Shown piece by piece: positions 37,676-48,426 of a stretch of DNA of 64,000 nucleotides. Under the pieces are notes generated by a model. The model did no database searches. It saw nothing but the letters and a program-made list of their open reading frames with translations, and was not told the DNA's origin. The stretch comes from Caulobacterales bacterium (GTDB lineage Bacteria > Pseudomonadota > Alphaproteobacteria > Caulobacterales > Aquidulcibacteraceae), in NCBI GenBank assembly GCA_035549875.1, contig DASZPV010000145.1, forward strand, positions 270 to 64,269. Direction: 5' to 3'. Position numbers and translations under genes: made by a program. Position 1 is the first letter of the stretch, and each line of letters opens with the position of its first letter.

Positions 37676-39451
37676 ATGCCGCGCCGCTTTCTGATCTCAT
37701 TGCTGGCCTCGCTGGCGCTGGCCGCCTGCGCCCATCTGCCGGCCGCGCAACAGCCGGCCGGTGAGGCGATGGTAGCGGCGGCCGATCCGCGCGCGGCGCA
37801 AGCCGGGCTCGACATGCTCGCCGCCGGCGGTTCGGCGACCGACGCGGCGATCGCGACGATCGCCGTGCTGGGGCTGGTGGAGCCGCAAAGCGCCGGCGTC
37901 GGCGGCGGCGGCTTCATGGTCGCGTACGACAAGGCCAGCGGCAAGGTTGACGCCTTCGATGGGCGCGAGGCGGCGCCCGCCGCAGCGACGCCCGATTATT
38001 TCCTGGGCCCCAACAGCGCCCCCCTGCCTTTCCCCCAAGCCGTGATGAGTGGGCGCTCCACCGGCGCGCCCAGCCTCTATGCGATGCTGAAACTGGCCCA
38101 CGAAGCGAACGGAAAGCTGCTGTGGGCGCGGCTGTTCGATCCGGCGATCAGACTGGCGGACGAAGGTTTCCTCGTCTCGCCGCGCATGAGCCAGGGCATT
38201 GCGGGCCTAGCCGCGCGCGGCGGCTTTACCGATCCGGCCGCGCGCGCCTACGTGCTCACGCCGGAGGGCGCGCCGCTGCCTATCGGTTATCTGCGGAAAA
38301 ATCCGGAATACGCCGCAACCTTGCGGGCGCTCGCCAGAGATGGGCCCGCGGCATTGCAGCGGGGCCCGATCGCCGACGCAATCTTGAAAGCCGTGCATGC
38401 CGATCCGATTCCCGGCGTGCTGACGCAAGCCGATTTGAAAACCGTAAAACCTGTCAGGCGCGCGGCGGTTTGCGGCGCCTACCGCACCTACCAGATTTGC
38501 AGCGCGGCGCCGCCAAGTTCGGGCGGCGTGGCGGTGATCGATCTGCTTGGCCTCTTCGCGAAGGCCCGGCCCGCGCCGAAGGGCCCCGCGGACGCTGACG
38601 ATTGGGCGGCGTTCTTCTGGGCCAGCCGCATCGCCTACGCCGACCGCGATTTTTATCTGGCTGACGATCATGTCGTGCCGGTGCCGGTGAACGGCCTGAT
38701 CGATCCCCGCTACATCGCCGAGCGCGCCAAATTAATTGACCTTGCCAAGGCCGCGCCAAGGACAATCCTGCCGGGCGATCCCTCGATCATCACCGGCGGG
38801 CCTTCGCTGCTGGATCGCTGGGCGCCGCCGAGCGACCGTCCCGAGGGCGGCACGACCCACCTTTCGATCGTCGACGGCGCCGGCAACGTCGTGGCGATGA
38901 CCGCTTCAGTGGAATCGCCATTCGGCTCCCACCGCATGGCGGCGGGATTCTTCCTGAACAACCAGCTCACCGATTTTTCGTTCACGCCGACGCGCAATGG
39001 AAAACCGGTGGCCAACGCCGTGGCGCCAGGCAAGAAACCGCGCTCTTCGATGGCGCCGACGATCGTACTGGATAAAGACGGCAGGTTTTACGCCGCCATC
39101 GGTTCGCCTGGCGGCAATTCGATCATCGCCTATGTCGCCAAGACTCTGATCGGGATCGTGGACTGGAAACTTTCCATGCAGGACGCGGTCGCCCAGCCGA
39201 ACGTCGTGGCCAATGGCGAAACCATTCGTATCGAGGCGGGAAAATTTCCAGAGCCGATCGCGGCCTCGTTGCGCGCGCGCGGCTGGAAGCTGAGCCCAGG
39301 CGGCGGCGAGGTCAGCGGACTAAACGGCATCCGCGTGAACGGGGCGAATCTGGAAGGCGGCGCCGATCCGCGGCGCGAGGGCGTTGCGCGGCTACTCGCT
39401 GCGGGGAGCGTTGCGCAGGGTGATCGCGAAAATCGAGCCGCCGGGCCCTGA
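37676..39451 (+). CDS. ggt: gamma-glutamyltransferase (lipoprotein precursor)
   Basis: Lipobox LALAAC and autoprocessing/nucleophile site EGGTTHLSIVD. The 3' 60 nt overlap the convergent kinase gene. Confidence 0.9.
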   Translation: MPRRFLISLLASLALAACAHLPAAQQPAGEAMVAAADPRAAQAGLDMLAAGGSATDAAIATIAVLGLVEPQSAGVGGGGFMVAYDKASGKVDAFDGREAAPAAATPDYFLGPNSAPLPFPQAVMSGRSTGAPSLYAMLKLAHEANGKLLWARLFDPAIRLADEGFLVSPRMSQGIAGLAARGGFTDPAARAYVLTPEGAPLPIGYLRKNPEYAATLRALARDGPAALQRGPIADAILKAVHADPIPGVLTQADLKTVKPVRRAAVCGAYRTYQICSAAPPSSGGVAVIDLLGLFAKARPAPKGPADADDWAAFFWASRIAYADRDFYLADDHVVPVPVNGLIDPRYIAERAKLIDLAKAAPRTILPGDPSIITGGPSLLDRWAPPSDRPEGGTTHLSIVDGAGNVVAMTASVESPFGSHRMAAGFFLNNQLTDFSFTPTRNGKPVANAVAPGKKPRSSMAPTIVLDKDGRFYAAIGSPGGNSIIAYVAKTLIGIVDWKLSMQDAVAQPNVVANGETIRIEAGKFPEPIAASLRARGWKLSPGGGEVSGLNGIRVNGANLEGGADPRREGVARLLAAGSVAQGDRENRAAGP

Positions 39452-40933
39452 ATCGGCCAACGCCACGTCTCCACCCATGGCGTTTGCGAGTTCCCTGGCG
39501 ATCGCCAGGCCAAGGCCGGCGCCGTCCTTGCGCGTCGATGCGCCGAACGGCTCAAACAATTTCGCGCGGGCCTGCTCGGGAATCCCAGGGCCGCAATCGC
39601 AAATCTCGACCACTGTTATATCGCGCACAACGCGCGAGCGCGCCACCACGCGCACCGGCTTGCCGGCGTTGGCGCTGGCCTGGCCGGCGTTGCGGATGAG
39701 ATTGGCGGCGATGCGGTTGAGATGCTCGCTGTCGGCAAACACTGTCAGATGCGCCGGCGTATCGTTGCACCATTCCGCCCCGGCGAACGGCCCGAGCGCA
39801 TCGGCGGCGGCTTCGTCCAGAACATTGGCCAACCCCACCCGCCGCAGCAGCGGCGTGGGTTCCTCCGCGCGGCCATAGCGCAACGCGGCCTCCGCAAGCC
39901 CGCCGGCGCGGGCGATGACACGCTCCAGCCGCGGCGCGGTCTGGCGCACCTGGGGATCGGCGGACACCGACAGACGCTCGGTGACCAATTGCGCCGTAGC
40001 GATTGAATTGCGCAGGTCATGCGCCAGCTTGGCGACCGCCCCGCCCAGGCCGGCCAGACGCGCGCGCTGGCGCAGGGACGCGCGCACTCTGCCCTCCAGC
40101 ACGGCGAGCGCGGCCTCGGCGCGGCCGATTTCGTCTTCCCGGCCGCTGGGGCGGATGCCGCGCGAAACATCTTCCGGCGACTGGCTGAACTGTTCGATGT
40201 GAGCGGTAAGCCGGCGCATCGGGCGGACCAGCACGGCGTTCAGCGTCAGGTAGACAAGCCAGGAAAAAATCAGCACCGCGCCGATCGACACCATCGATAC
40301 GCGCGCCGCGTAATCGCGCAGGTCGCGCTTAAGCGGCGCCTCGGGAATGACAATCTCGATGAACTCGCCGCTCTCGAACCGCGGCTGGGCGAGCACAACC
40401 AGCATGCGCTCGGCCGGGGCAAACAGGGCCTCGATCGCCGACACCGCCGAGCCAATTGCGTCCATGCTGCGCAGATCGACTGTGCGCACCAAGGGCATAT
40501 CATCGGCCGCGCTCATTGCGTCGAGACGCAGCTCACGCGTGCCGTCGCGCTTCAGCGCGACGCGGCGCACGCCGGCGTTCTCCAGCAATTCATGGCGAAG
40601 CGATTCGGTGATCGCCTGATCGGGCGCGGCCTCAAGCGCGAGCGCGGCGATTTGCGCGGCGTTGAGGCGCTCCTGCAGCCACGTGCGGTGAAACGAGGCC
40701 AGCGAGGGAACCATGATCCCCACTTCCCCGACGAGCGCGAACAGCGCGATCACGCTCAACACCCGGGCCGAAAGCGAGCGGGTCAGGAATTTCGGCAACA
40801 GCGCCCGGCTTGGCGCCGGCGCCTCGGGTGCGGACGGCGGCGGCGGCGCAGGCGGCTCTACCGCCTCCGGTTCCGGCCGGGGGAACGGCGCCGCCGCTTC
40901 CGGCGACGGCAAAGGGGTGACGTGCAGCGACAC
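39392..40933 (-). CDS. orphan membrane sensor histidine kinase
   Basis: GTG start, Pro/Ala-rich N-terminus, TM segments, H-box AHDLRNSI, N/G boxes (IRNAGQA, DCGPGI, GAGLGLAIA). No adjacent response regulator. Confidence 0.85.
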   Translation of the reverse strand: MSLHVTPLPSPEAAAPFPRPEPEAVEPPAPPPPSAPEAPAPSRALLPKFLTRSLSARVLSVIALFALVGEVGIMVPSLASFHRTWLQERLNAAQIAALALEAAPDQAITESLRHELLENAGVRRVALKRDGTRELRLDAMSAADDMPLVRTVDLRSMDAIGSAVSAIEALFAPAERMLVVLAQPRFESGEFIEIVIPEAPLKRDLRDYAARVSMVSIGAVLIFSWLVYLTLNAVLVRPMRRLTAHIEQFSQSPEDVSRGIRPSGREDEIGRAEAALAVLEGRVRASLRQRARLAGLGGAVAKLAHDLRNSIATAQLVTERLSVSADPQVRQTAPRLERVIARAGGLAEAALRYGRAEEPTPLLRRVGLANVLDEAAADALGPFAGAEWCNDTPAHLTVFADSEHLNRIAANLIRNAGQASANAGKPVRVVARSRVVRDITVVEICDCGPGIPEQARAKLFEPFGASTRKDGAGLGLAIARELANAMGGDVALADSGPGGSIFAITLRNAPRSE

Positions 40934-41086
40934 TAGGTTCCTTCCCAGCCGGCACCTTGTCGCCCGAATGCTGCATCAAAATTGCGAGATGTTGCCGGTG
41001 CGCAAATAACCGAAAGGGCGGTGTTTTCAGGCAACAGCCGAATGCCGCGGCCCCGGCAGAGCCGCTTGCGGGCGTTGCCGCCCTTC

Positions 41087-41115
41087 TTGACGCCAGCCGG
41101 GTGCTCCTGTATCCG
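41087..41115 (+). promoter_or_regulatory. candidate sigma70-type promoter of rpmH-rnpA-yidC
   Basis: TTGACG (41087-41092), 17-nt spacer, TATCCG (41110-41115), about 40 nt upstream of the rpmH start. Confidence 0.35.
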
Positions 41116-41154
41116 GCCCGGCTCATTTAGTTCCAATGACCGGCGAGGACCCTC

Positions 41155-41295
41155 GTGGCGACCAAGCGCACCTACCAGCCGAGCAAGCTCGTGCGAAAGC
41201 GCCGGCACGGCTTTCGCGCGCGGATGTCGACCAAGGGGGGCCGCAAGGTTCTGTCCCGCCGCCGGGCCCAGGGCCGCAAGCGCCTTTCGGCCTGA
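41155..41295 (+). CDS. rpmH: 50S ribosomal protein L34 (not in the supplied ORF track; under 60 aa)
   Basis: Manual translation gives (V)[48 protein letters not shown] start. Confidence 0.95.
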   Translation: MATKRTYQPSKLVRKRRHGFRARMSTKGGRKVLSRRRAQGRKRLSA

Positions 41296-41690
41296 ACCTC
41301 ATTCGCCTCAGGAGCCGCGCCGAGTTTCTCGCCGCCCGCAAGGGCGCGCGCGCCGGCCGGCCGCTGGTGGTCGTCGAGGCCCGCCGCCGGGCTGAAACCG
41401 GCCCGGTCGGTCTTGGCTTTACGGCGACCAGGAAAATCGGTTCTGCGGTAACCCGCAACCGCGCGAAGCGCCGCCTTCGGGCGGCGGCGGCGGCTTCCAC
41501 GGCGCAATTCGTGGCCGGCTGCGACTATGTTCTTATCGCCCGCGACGCTACGGCCAATGCGCCCTGGCCCAGTTTGCTTGACGATGTCGGAAAGGCGCTG
41601 ATAAGGCTCCGCCCCGCTTTGGAAGGCGTTTTTGCGGCGCCTGAGGGCCCCTTGCGGCGGCCCGGCCGGATCAAGACGGACACTGACTGA
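41292..41690 (+). CDS. rnpA: ribonuclease P protein component
   Basis: Position after rpmH. Sequence [13 protein letters not shown]...[22 protein letters not shown] (RNR motif). No ATG/GTG/TTG lies upstream of the conserved region, so the start is provisionally CTG 41292 (or ATT 41301). Confidence 0.8.
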   Translation: MNLIRLRSRAEFLAARKGARAGRPLVVVEARRRAETGPVGLGFTATRKIGSAVTRNRAKRRLRAAAAASTAQFVAGCDYVLIARDATANAPWPSLLDDVGKALIRLRPALEGVFAAPEGPLRRPGRIKTDTD

Positions 41691-41692
41691 AC

Positions 41693-43531
41693 ATGGCAGG
41701 ACTCTTAGGGCCCGGAGGACAGCCCGGCGCGCCGGAGGACACCCGCAACCTGATCGTGATGATGATGCTCGCGATCGTGATCATTTTCGGGTTCGACGTC
41801 TTTGTCGGCGGGCCGGCGCGGCAGCGCCAGATCGCGGCGCAGCAGAACCAAACGCAGATCGCCGCGCAAAATCCCCAAGCCGCCGCTGCGGTGATCGACC
41901 GGCCCGCCGCGCTCACGCAAAATCCGCGCGTGCGGATAGACAACGCGGCGGTCGATGGCTCGATCAATCTCACCGGCGGGCGGTTCGACGACCTGTCGCT
42001 GAAAAATTATCGCCAGCACCCCGAAAAAGACAGCCCGGAAGTAACGCTGCTGACGCCGCAAGCGGCGAAAGGCGCATACGATTCCTATTTTGGCTGGGAG
42101 AACGTCGCCAATGGCGACGACCTGGTCGGCGCGCGCACGCAATGGACGGCGCCCGAAGGCGCAACGCTCACGCCGAACGCGCCGGTAACGCTAACGTATT
42201 CTTCGCCGGATGGGCTGGTGTTCACCCGCACGATCAGCGTCGACGACAGCTACATGTTCACGATCGCCGATGCGGTGCGCAACGACGGCGCCGCGAGCAT
42301 CACCATCCGGCCGTTCTCCGTGGTGCGGCGACGGGACTTGCCGTCCGATTACATTCCCAACCAGATCGTCCACCAGGGCCTGACCGGGGTCGTCGGCGCC
42401 CAGCACCTGCTGCAGGAGCGCACCTATCAGGTGGCCCAGCGCCATGCGCGCGAAAAGCTTGAAAACAAGCGCCAAATGGACAGCCCGATGATGACGGACG
42501 AAGGGCCAGGCGGCTGGCTCGGCGTCAGCGACCATTATTGGCTGGCCGCGCTCATCCCCGCGCAGAACGAGGTAATCAAGTCCACCTACGACGCAACGCC
42601 CGCGACCGGCTACACCGATTTTCGCGCCGATTATGTCGGCGGCGGCCGGCCGCTCGCGCCGGGGGCTTCAATCGCCTACACGCAGCATTTTTTCGCCGGC
42701 GCCAAACGCGTCGATATCCTGAAGCACTACCAGGATACGATGAATGTCCCGGATTTCGACAAGGCGGTCGATTGGGGGAATTTCTGGTTCCTCACCCGGC
42801 CCTATTTCTTCGTTCTGGATTCGGTCGGCAAATTTACGAACAGTTTCGGCGTCGCCATTCTGATCATGACGGTGCTGGTGAAGATTATTCTCTTCCCGCT
42901 GCTCAACCAGTCGTTCTCGGCGATGTCGAAAATGCGCAAGCTGCAGCCGAAGATGAAGGAAATCCAGGAACGCTTCGCCGCCGACAAGGCGCGCCAGCAA
43001 CAGGAAATGATGCAGCTTTACCAGCGCGAGAAGGTCAATCCGCTCGCCGGCTGTCTGCCGATCCTGATCCAGATTCCGATCATGTACGCGCTCTACAAGG
43101 TGCTGACGGTCACCATCGAACTGCGGCACGCCCCGTTCCTCTGGATCCACGATCTTTCGGCGCGCGATCCGTTGATGCTGGGCAATCTGTTCGGCCTTCT
43201 CAATTTCAATCCGGTTACGGTCCCGTTCCTCGGCTTTTTCCTCGGCGTCGGCATGTGGGCGATGATCTACGGCGTCACCATGTACGCCTCACAAGCGATG
43301 AGCGCCCAGCCGACGGATGCAACGCAGGCGACGATATTCAAGTTCATGCCGGTGATCGTGACGTTCATGTTTTCCGCCGCCGCCGTCGGCCTGGTGATCT
43401 ACTGGACCTGGTCCAATCTGCTCTCCATCGCGCAGCAGTACATCATCATGCGCCGCAATGGCGTAGAAACCGAACTTGACAAATTGCTGCTCAAGCTGCG
43501 CGGCAAGGATGCCGGCGCGGGCGCGGCATAA
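41693..43531 (+). CDS. yidC: membrane protein insertase YidC
   Basis: 612 aa. N-terminal TM, large periplasmic domain, conserved C-terminal 60-kDa insertase core (KMRKLQPKMKEIQERF, NPLAGCLPILIQIPI). Confidence 0.95.
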   Translation: MAGLLGPGGQPGAPEDTRNLIVMMMLAIVIIFGFDVFVGGPARQRQIAAQQNQTQIAAQNPQAAAAVIDRPAALTQNPRVRIDNAAVDGSINLTGGRFDDLSLKNYRQHPEKDSPEVTLLTPQAAKGAYDSYFGWENVANGDDLVGARTQWTAPEGATLTPNAPVTLTYSSPDGLVFTRTISVDDSYMFTIADAVRNDGAASITIRPFSVVRRRDLPSDYIPNQIVHQGLTGVVGAQHLLQERTYQVAQRHAREKLENKRQMDSPMMTDEGPGGWLGVSDHYWLAALIPAQNEVIKSTYDATPATGYTDFRADYVGGGRPLAPGASIAYTQHFFAGAKRVDILKHYQDTMNVPDFDKAVDWGNFWFLTRPYFFVLDSVGKFTNSFGVAILIMTVLVKIILFPLLNQSFSAMSKMRKLQPKMKEIQERFAADKARQQQEMMQLYQREKVNPLAGCLPILIQIPIMYALYKVLTVTIELRHAPFLWIHDLSARDPLMLGNLFGLLNFNPVTVPFLGFFLGVGMWAMIYGVTMYASQAMSAQPTDATQATIFKFMPVIVTFMFSAAAVGLVIYWTWSNLLSIAQQYIIMRRNGVETELDKLLLKLRGKDAGAGAA

Positions 43532-44153
43532 CACCGTGGGCTTCGATATCGAGGCCGCCGAGAAATTCTTTCGTCAGCCCGTTGCTTTCGAGCGTGGCGC
43601 TTCGGGCCTTGAGCATCTGCCTGCCGCGGATCGGCCCGAAGTGGCGTTCGCGGGGCGGTCGAATGTCGGCAAATCGAGCCTCATGAACGCGCTGTTCGGG
43701 CGCAAAAATCTCGTGCGCGCCTCCAGCGAACCGGGGCGCACGCGCGAGCTGAATTTCTTCATGCTTGGCGAGGCGATGCGCCTCGTCGATCTCCCCGGCT
43801 ACGGCTACGCCAAGGCGCCGAAGGCGGACATCGCGCGCTGGACCGAACTCATGCGCGATTATCTGCGCGGCCGGCCCGGCCTCAAGCGCGTGTTTCTGCT
43901 GATCGACTCGCGTCACGGCCCCAAGCCCAACGACATCGAGATCATGGACGCGCTGGATGGCGCGGCGCAGTCCTATCAGATCGTGCTCACCAAGGCGGAC
44001 AAGCCGGAAGACGCCAGCCTCGCCGCCGCGCGGGAAGCCGCCCTCGCCGCGATCAAACGGCGTCCGGCGGCGCATCCTGACGTGCTGGTGGTTTCTGCTC
44101 ACAGCGGCCTGGGATTGGACCTGCTGCGGGCGGAAATCGCGGCCTTGGCGTGA
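43509..44153 (+). CDS. engB: ribosome biogenesis GTPase EngB/YihA
   Basis: G1 GRSNVGKSS, G3 DLPGYG, G4 TKADK. ATG 43509 overlaps the yidC 3' end; alternative GTG at 43536. Confidence 0.9.
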   Translation: MPARARHNTVGFDIEAAEKFFRQPVAFERGASGLEHLPAADRPEVAFAGRSNVGKSSLMNALFGRKNLVRASSEPGRTRELNFFMLGEAMRLVDLPGYGYAKAPKADIARWTELMRDYLRGRPGLKRVFLLIDSRHGPKPNDIEIMDALDGAAQSYQIVLTKADKPEDASLAAAREAALAAIKRRPAAHPDVLVVSAHSGLGLDLLRAEIAALA

Positions 44154-44183
44154 CGGGCAAGACGCCCTAAGTCTCCGCCCGTC

Positions 44184-45125
44184 TTGAAACCCGACTCAGC
44201 CTCCCGCCCCGGCATCGACATCGCCCAGCTTGGCGAGGGCTTCGCCACGGCCAAAACCCTGGCCGAAGCGCTCCCCTACATTCAGATCTATGACCGCGAA
44301 ATCGTCGTCATTAAATATGGCGGCCACGCCATGGGCGACGAAGAAACCGCCCGGCGCTTCGCCGCCGACGTCGTGCTGCTGAAGCTCGTGGGCATACAGC
44401 CGGTCGTGGTGCATGGCGGCGGGCCGCAGATCAGCGCCATGCTGGAGCGGGCCGGCGTCAAATCCCAGTTCATCGACGGCCTGCGCGTCACCGACGCACA
44501 GACCATGGAAATCGCCGAAATGGTGCTTTCCGGCGCCGTGAACAAACAACTCGCGCACCTTATCACGGTCGCCGGCGCCGAGGCGGACGTCCGCGGCGTG
44601 GGCCTTTCCGGCAAGGATGCGCGGCTCATCACCGTGTCCAAGGCGGTGCGAACGAAGAGAGATCCCGACAGCGCGATCGAGAACGTCGTCGATCTTGGTT
44701 TTGTCGGGGAGCCGGAGGCGGTTGACCCTACGTTGCTCACGGCGCTGCTCGGCGCGCAGGAGGATTACATCCCCGTCGTGGCGCCAATCGGCGTAGCCGC
44801 TGACGGCAAAACCTACAACATCAACGCCGACACCGCCGCTGGCGCCATCGCCGGGGCCCTCAGCGCCAAGCGCTTTTTGCTGCTCACCGATGTGGACGGC
44901 GTGCTCGATAAGAATAAAAATCTGATCCGTCAGATGACCAAGGCGGACGCGCAGGCGCTCATCCAGGACGGAACCGCGACCGGCGGCATGATCCCCAAGC
45001 TGGAGACATGCATCGCCGCGTTGAACGCGGGCGTTGAAGCCGCTGTAATCGTCGATGGCCGCAAGCCGCACGCTTTGCTGGTGGAGCTTTTTACTGAACA
45101 TGGCGCAGGCACGCTGGTTTCCTAA
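44184..45125 (+). CDS. argB: acetylglutamate kinase
   Basis: [18 protein letters not shown] and GLRVTD motifs. TTG start. Confidence 0.9.
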   Translation: MKPDSASRPGIDIAQLGEGFATAKTLAEALPYIQIYDREIVVIKYGGHAMGDEETARRFAADVVLLKLVGIQPVVVHGGGPQISAMLERAGVKSQFIDGLRVTDAQTMEIAEMVLSGAVNKQLAHLITVAGAEADVRGVGLSGKDARLITVSKAVRTKRDPDSAIENVVDLGFVGEPEAVDPTLLTALLGAQEDYIPVVAPIGVAADGKTYNINADTAAGAIAGALSAKRFLLLTDVDGVLDKNKNLIRQMTKADAQALIQDGTATGGMIPKLETCIAALNAGVEAAVIVDGRKPHALLVELFTEHGAGTLVS

Positions 45126-46287
45126 TGCGCTGCTCGCGCTGCTGGCGGCCGTGCTCATCGGCGCCGGCGCGGCGTGGCTGAACAACGCACGCGCGCAGGC
45201 AGCGCCCGGCGGCTGGTCGCTCTGCAATCAGACATCCTACATCGTCGAGGTCGCGACAGGTCGGCCCGATGGCAAGACCGTTCTGGTTTCCGGTTGGCTG
45301 CGATTGCGGCCGGGCGAGTGCAGGCTCGCCGCCACCGCGCCGCTTACCCGCGGCGTGCACTACACCTTCGCCCGCACATCGAGCGCCCATCGCGGCGGCC
45401 GGCGCCAGTGGGGCGGCGTTTCGCGCCTTTGCGTCGATCCGCAGGCCTCGTTTGCGATCGAGAACCCGCCGAATTGCCAGGCGATGGGGCTGGAAGAACG
45501 CACGTTTCGCGACATCCGCATCAACAAGCGCGATTCCTGGCGCACGATTTTTTCTGAGCCTGATCCCTACACGCTCACCACCGCGCGCGCGGCCGGGCTG
45601 CAGCGGCTTTTGTCCGATGCGGGCTATGAGACCGCCTCGCCCTCAGGCAATTACGATCCGCGCCGGATGGCCAACGCGATCGGACGCTTCCGCACCGAGC
45701 GCAATATTGCCCCGACCGCCACTGAAGAACAATTGATCGATGCGCTGGAAACCATGGCGCGCAAACGCGCCGATGCGATCGGCCTTACCTTGTGCAACCG
45801 CACGGCCGGCAAAATCTGGTCCGCCGTGGCGCGGCGGCGCGGCGAAGGCTGGGAATCGCGCGGCTGGTGGGCGCTTGGGCCGGGCGGCTGCGCCCGCACG
45901 ATCGACGATCCGCTGATCCAGAACGTCTATTTCGTTGAAGCGCTGCTCGAAAGCCCGCAGGGCAAGCGCGAGCTTGCCGCCGGCGGCGAAAGCTTCTGCA
46001 CCTCGCCGGCGAAATTCGCCATTCTCGGCCGTGAAAAATGCGCCGACCGCGCCTATGACATAGGCCTCTTCACCCCGATCAGCCCGCAGGGCCGGGAAGG
46101 CGTCGTGGTCGAGTTCTTCGAGCGCGACTTCCTGCTGCCGGGCGCAAAGCCCAAACAACTCGATCTGCCGAAAATGGCCGACGCCGAAATCAATTCGCCG
46201 ACCACCGGCCGGGCCGGACGCGCGCCGGACACCGCCTCCGGCGGCGCCGCGTCTGGCGATATCGGCGAAGGGGGCAGCGGCGATTGA
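45100..46287 (+). CDS. membrane-anchored protein with two DUF1036-like modules flanking a peptidoglycan-binding-like segment
   Basis: ATG 45100. Repeated pattern LCNQTSY...[10 protein letters not shown] and LCNRTAG...[10 protein letters not shown], with a central [10 protein letters not shown]... segment. Confidence 0.7.
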   Translation: MAQARWFPNALLALLAAVLIGAGAAWLNNARAQAAPGGWSLCNQTSYIVEVATGRPDGKTVLVSGWLRLRPGECRLAATAPLTRGVHYTFARTSSAHRGGRRQWGGVSRLCVDPQASFAIENPPNCQAMGLEERTFRDIRINKRDSWRTIFSEPDPYTLTTARAAGLQRLLSDAGYETASPSGNYDPRRMANAIGRFRTERNIAPTATEEQLIDALETMARKRADAIGLTLCNRTAGKIWSAVARRRGEGWESRGWWALGPGGCARTIDDPLIQNVYFVEALLESPQGKRELAAGGESFCTSPAKFAILGREKCADRAYDIGLFTPISPQGREGVVVEFFERDFLLPGAKPKQLDLPKMADAEINSPTTGRAGRAPDTASGGAASGDIGEGGSGD

Positions 46288-46976
46288 CGACGTCCTGGCG
46301 CGATAAATCCGTCTGGGTGTTCGATCTCGACAACACGCTGTATCCGGCCGAATGCGATCTGTTCGCCCAGATCGACGTGCGGATGACCGATTTCGTCAGC
46401 CGGTTTCTTTCGGTCGATCATCTCACCGCGCGGAGTTTGCAGAAACAATATCTCGTCGATCACGGAACGACGCTGAACGGGCTCATGCAAGTGCATGGCA
46501 TGGCGCCGCATGATTTTCTCGACTACGTGCACAACATCGACCTCGCGCCCGTTTCGCCCGCCCCGCTTCTGGCGCAAGGGCTTGGCAGGCTGCCCGGCAA
46601 GCGCCTTGTGTTCACCAATGGCAGCCGCAGACACGGCGAACGCGTGCTCGCCAAGCTCGGCGTGGATCATCTGTTCGACGACGTGTTCGATATCTCCGCC
46701 GGCGAATACGCCCCCAAGCCCAAACCTGAATCCTACGAACGCCTGATGCGCCGTCACGGTTTTGCCGGCGGCCATGCGGTGCTGTTCGAGGATATCGCGC
46801 GAAACCTTGAGCCGGCCCACGCGCTCGGCTTCACCACCGTCCTCGTCCGCTCGACCAAGGACTGGAGCCACGAACCGGCGGCGGTTCGCCCGGCCGGCGC
46901 CGGGGCGGCGCCCGCCCACGTTCACCACGACACAAACGATCTGGCCGGTTTCCTGCACAAGATCGCCGCCGATTGA
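46284..46976 (+). CDS. pyrimidine 5'-nucleotidase (HAD superfamily, SSM1/YjjG-like)
   Basis: VWVFDLDNTLY nucleophile motif, VFTNGS, KPKPESY. TTG start overlaps the upstream stop. Confidence 0.8.
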   Translation: MTTSWRDKSVWVFDLDNTLYPAECDLFAQIDVRMTDFVSRFLSVDHLTARSLQKQYLVDHGTTLNGLMQVHGMAPHDFLDYVHNIDLAPVSPAPLLAQGLGRLPGKRLVFTNGSRRHGERVLAKLGVDHLFDDVFDISAGEYAPKPKPESYERLMRRHGFAGGHAVLFEDIARNLEPAHALGFTTVLVRSTKDWSHEPAAVRPAGAGAAPAHVHHDTNDLAGFLHKIAAD

Positions 46977-47007
46977 CCGCGTTGGCGAGCCCGTCTAGCC
47001 AGCGCTG

Positions 47008-47829
47008 ATGAGCGATTTGCAAGCCACGATCGAAACCGCCTGGGAGCGCCGGGCCGAACTTTCCCCGACGAGCACGGGCGCCGCGCGCGATGCGGTGGAA
47101 ACCGCGCTCGACATGCTCGACAGCGGCGCCGCGCGCGTGGCCGAACGCGGACCCGATGGCGCGTGGACCGTGCATCAATGGCTGAAGAAAGCCGTGCTGC
47201 TCTCCTTCCGCCTGAACGACAATATGGTCATGCCCGGGCCTGGCGGGTCGAACTGGTGGGACAAGGTCCCCAGCAAATTTGCCAACTGGGACGAGAACCG
47301 CTTTCGCGATGCAGGATTTCGCGCCGTGCCCGGCGCGATCGTGCGGCGCGGCGCGCATATCGCCAAGAACGCCGTGCTGATGCCGAGCTTCACCAATATC
47401 GGCGCCTATGTCGGAGAAGGCACGATGGTCGACACCTGGGCCACGGTCGGCTCGTGTGCGCAGATCGGCAAGAACGTGCACCTTTCCGGCGGCGTGGGCA
47501 TTGGCGGCGTGCTGGAGCCGCTGCAGGCCAATCCGGTGATCATCGAGAATGATTGCTTTATCGGCGCTCGTTCCGAAGTGGTCGAAGGCGTGATCGTGCG
47601 CCAGGGCGCGGTGCTGTCGATGGGCGTGTTCATCTCGCCCTCGACCAAGATCGTTGATCGCGCCACCGGTGAAACCTTCCGCGGCGAAGTGCCGGCCTAT
47701 TCTGTCGTCGTGCCTGGAGCACTGCCCGATCCGAACGGCGGGCCATCGCTTTCCTGCGCCGTGATCGTCAAGCGCGTCGATGCGCAGACGCGCGCGAAAA
47801 CTGCGATCAACGATCTGCTGCGGGATTAG
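47008..47829 (+). CDS. dapD: 2,3,4,5-tetrahydropyridine-2,6-dicarboxylate N-succinyltransferase
   Basis: 273 aa with hexapeptide-repeat core ([40 protein letters not shown]). Confidence 0.95.
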   Translation: MSDLQATIETAWERRAELSPTSTGAARDAVETALDMLDSGAARVAERGPDGAWTVHQWLKKAVLLSFRLNDNMVMPGPGGSNWWDKVPSKFANWDENRFRDAGFRAVPGAIVRRGAHIAKNAVLMPSFTNIGAYVGEGTMVDTWATVGSCAQIGKNVHLSGGVGIGGVLEPLQANPVIIENDCFIGARSEVVEGVIVRQGAVLSMGVFISPSTKIVDRATGETFRGEVPAYSVVVPGALPDPNGGPSLSCAVIVKRVDAQTRAKTAINDLLRD

Positions 47830-48398
47830 CCGAGATCGGCCAGTTTGAACGTGATGCTGCGATCGAACGGCAGGGCAAGTACTTCGCCCGGCCCGATTTC
47901 GAGCGGCGCGGGATAATCCTCGGCGCCCGGATTGGAAAACAGAAAGCCGCGTCGGTTTTCGGCGTCCAAAATCCAGTAATGCGCAACGCCGTGGCGTGCA
48001 TAGAGCGGTCGCTTTAACCGCATATCGCGATCAATCGACGTATCGGCCACCTCGACCAGCAACAGCGCATCCGGCCCGCGCACATCTTCAGGCAAGATGG
48101 ATTGCGGGTGAACCAGGATGTCCGGTTCCGTAAACGTCACGTCACTGAGGTAGAGCGAGGGCTCCACAGCGACCGCGACGCTCTTCGGCGTGGCGGTGAT
48201 GATCAGTCTCGCAAGCTCGCGCTTCCAAATCTCATGGCGGTTCTTCTTGGACGCCATTGGAACCAGCTCCCCCTCCAGAAGCTCCACCGGCTCGTCTTCG
48301 TCCATGATGCCGGCTTCGACCATCGCCCAAATCTCGGCAACGGTGAACCGGCGGCGCGGCCAGCCTTCGGCAAAGCGTGTGGTGACAGGAGCGTTCAC
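47826..48398 (-). CDS. Uma2-family (DUF820) PD-(D/E)XK-like putative endonuclease
   Basis: 190 aa. ELLEGELV..., EPDILV and [10 protein letters not shown] motifs typical of Uma2 proteins. Confidence 0.8.
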   Translation of the reverse strand: MNAPVTTRFAEGWPRRRFTVAEIWAMVEAGIMDEDEPVELLEGELVPMASKKNRHEIWKRELARLIITATPKSVAVAVEPSLYLSDVTFTEPDILVHPQSILPEDVRGPDALLLVEVADTSIDRDMRLKRPLYARHGVAHYWILDAENRRGFLFSNPGAEDYPAPLEIGPGEVLALPFDRSITFKLADLG

Positions 48399-48426
48399 GG
48401 CGCCACGCTATCACATGCGCCGCCGC

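Noticed and set aside
40934-41154. Chromosomal origin (oriC) next to rpmH-rnpA-yidC
   Set aside because: There is no dnaA or dnaN gene, no cluster of DnaA boxes and no AT-rich unwinding element. Alphaproteobacterial origins are usually near hemE rather than rpmH.
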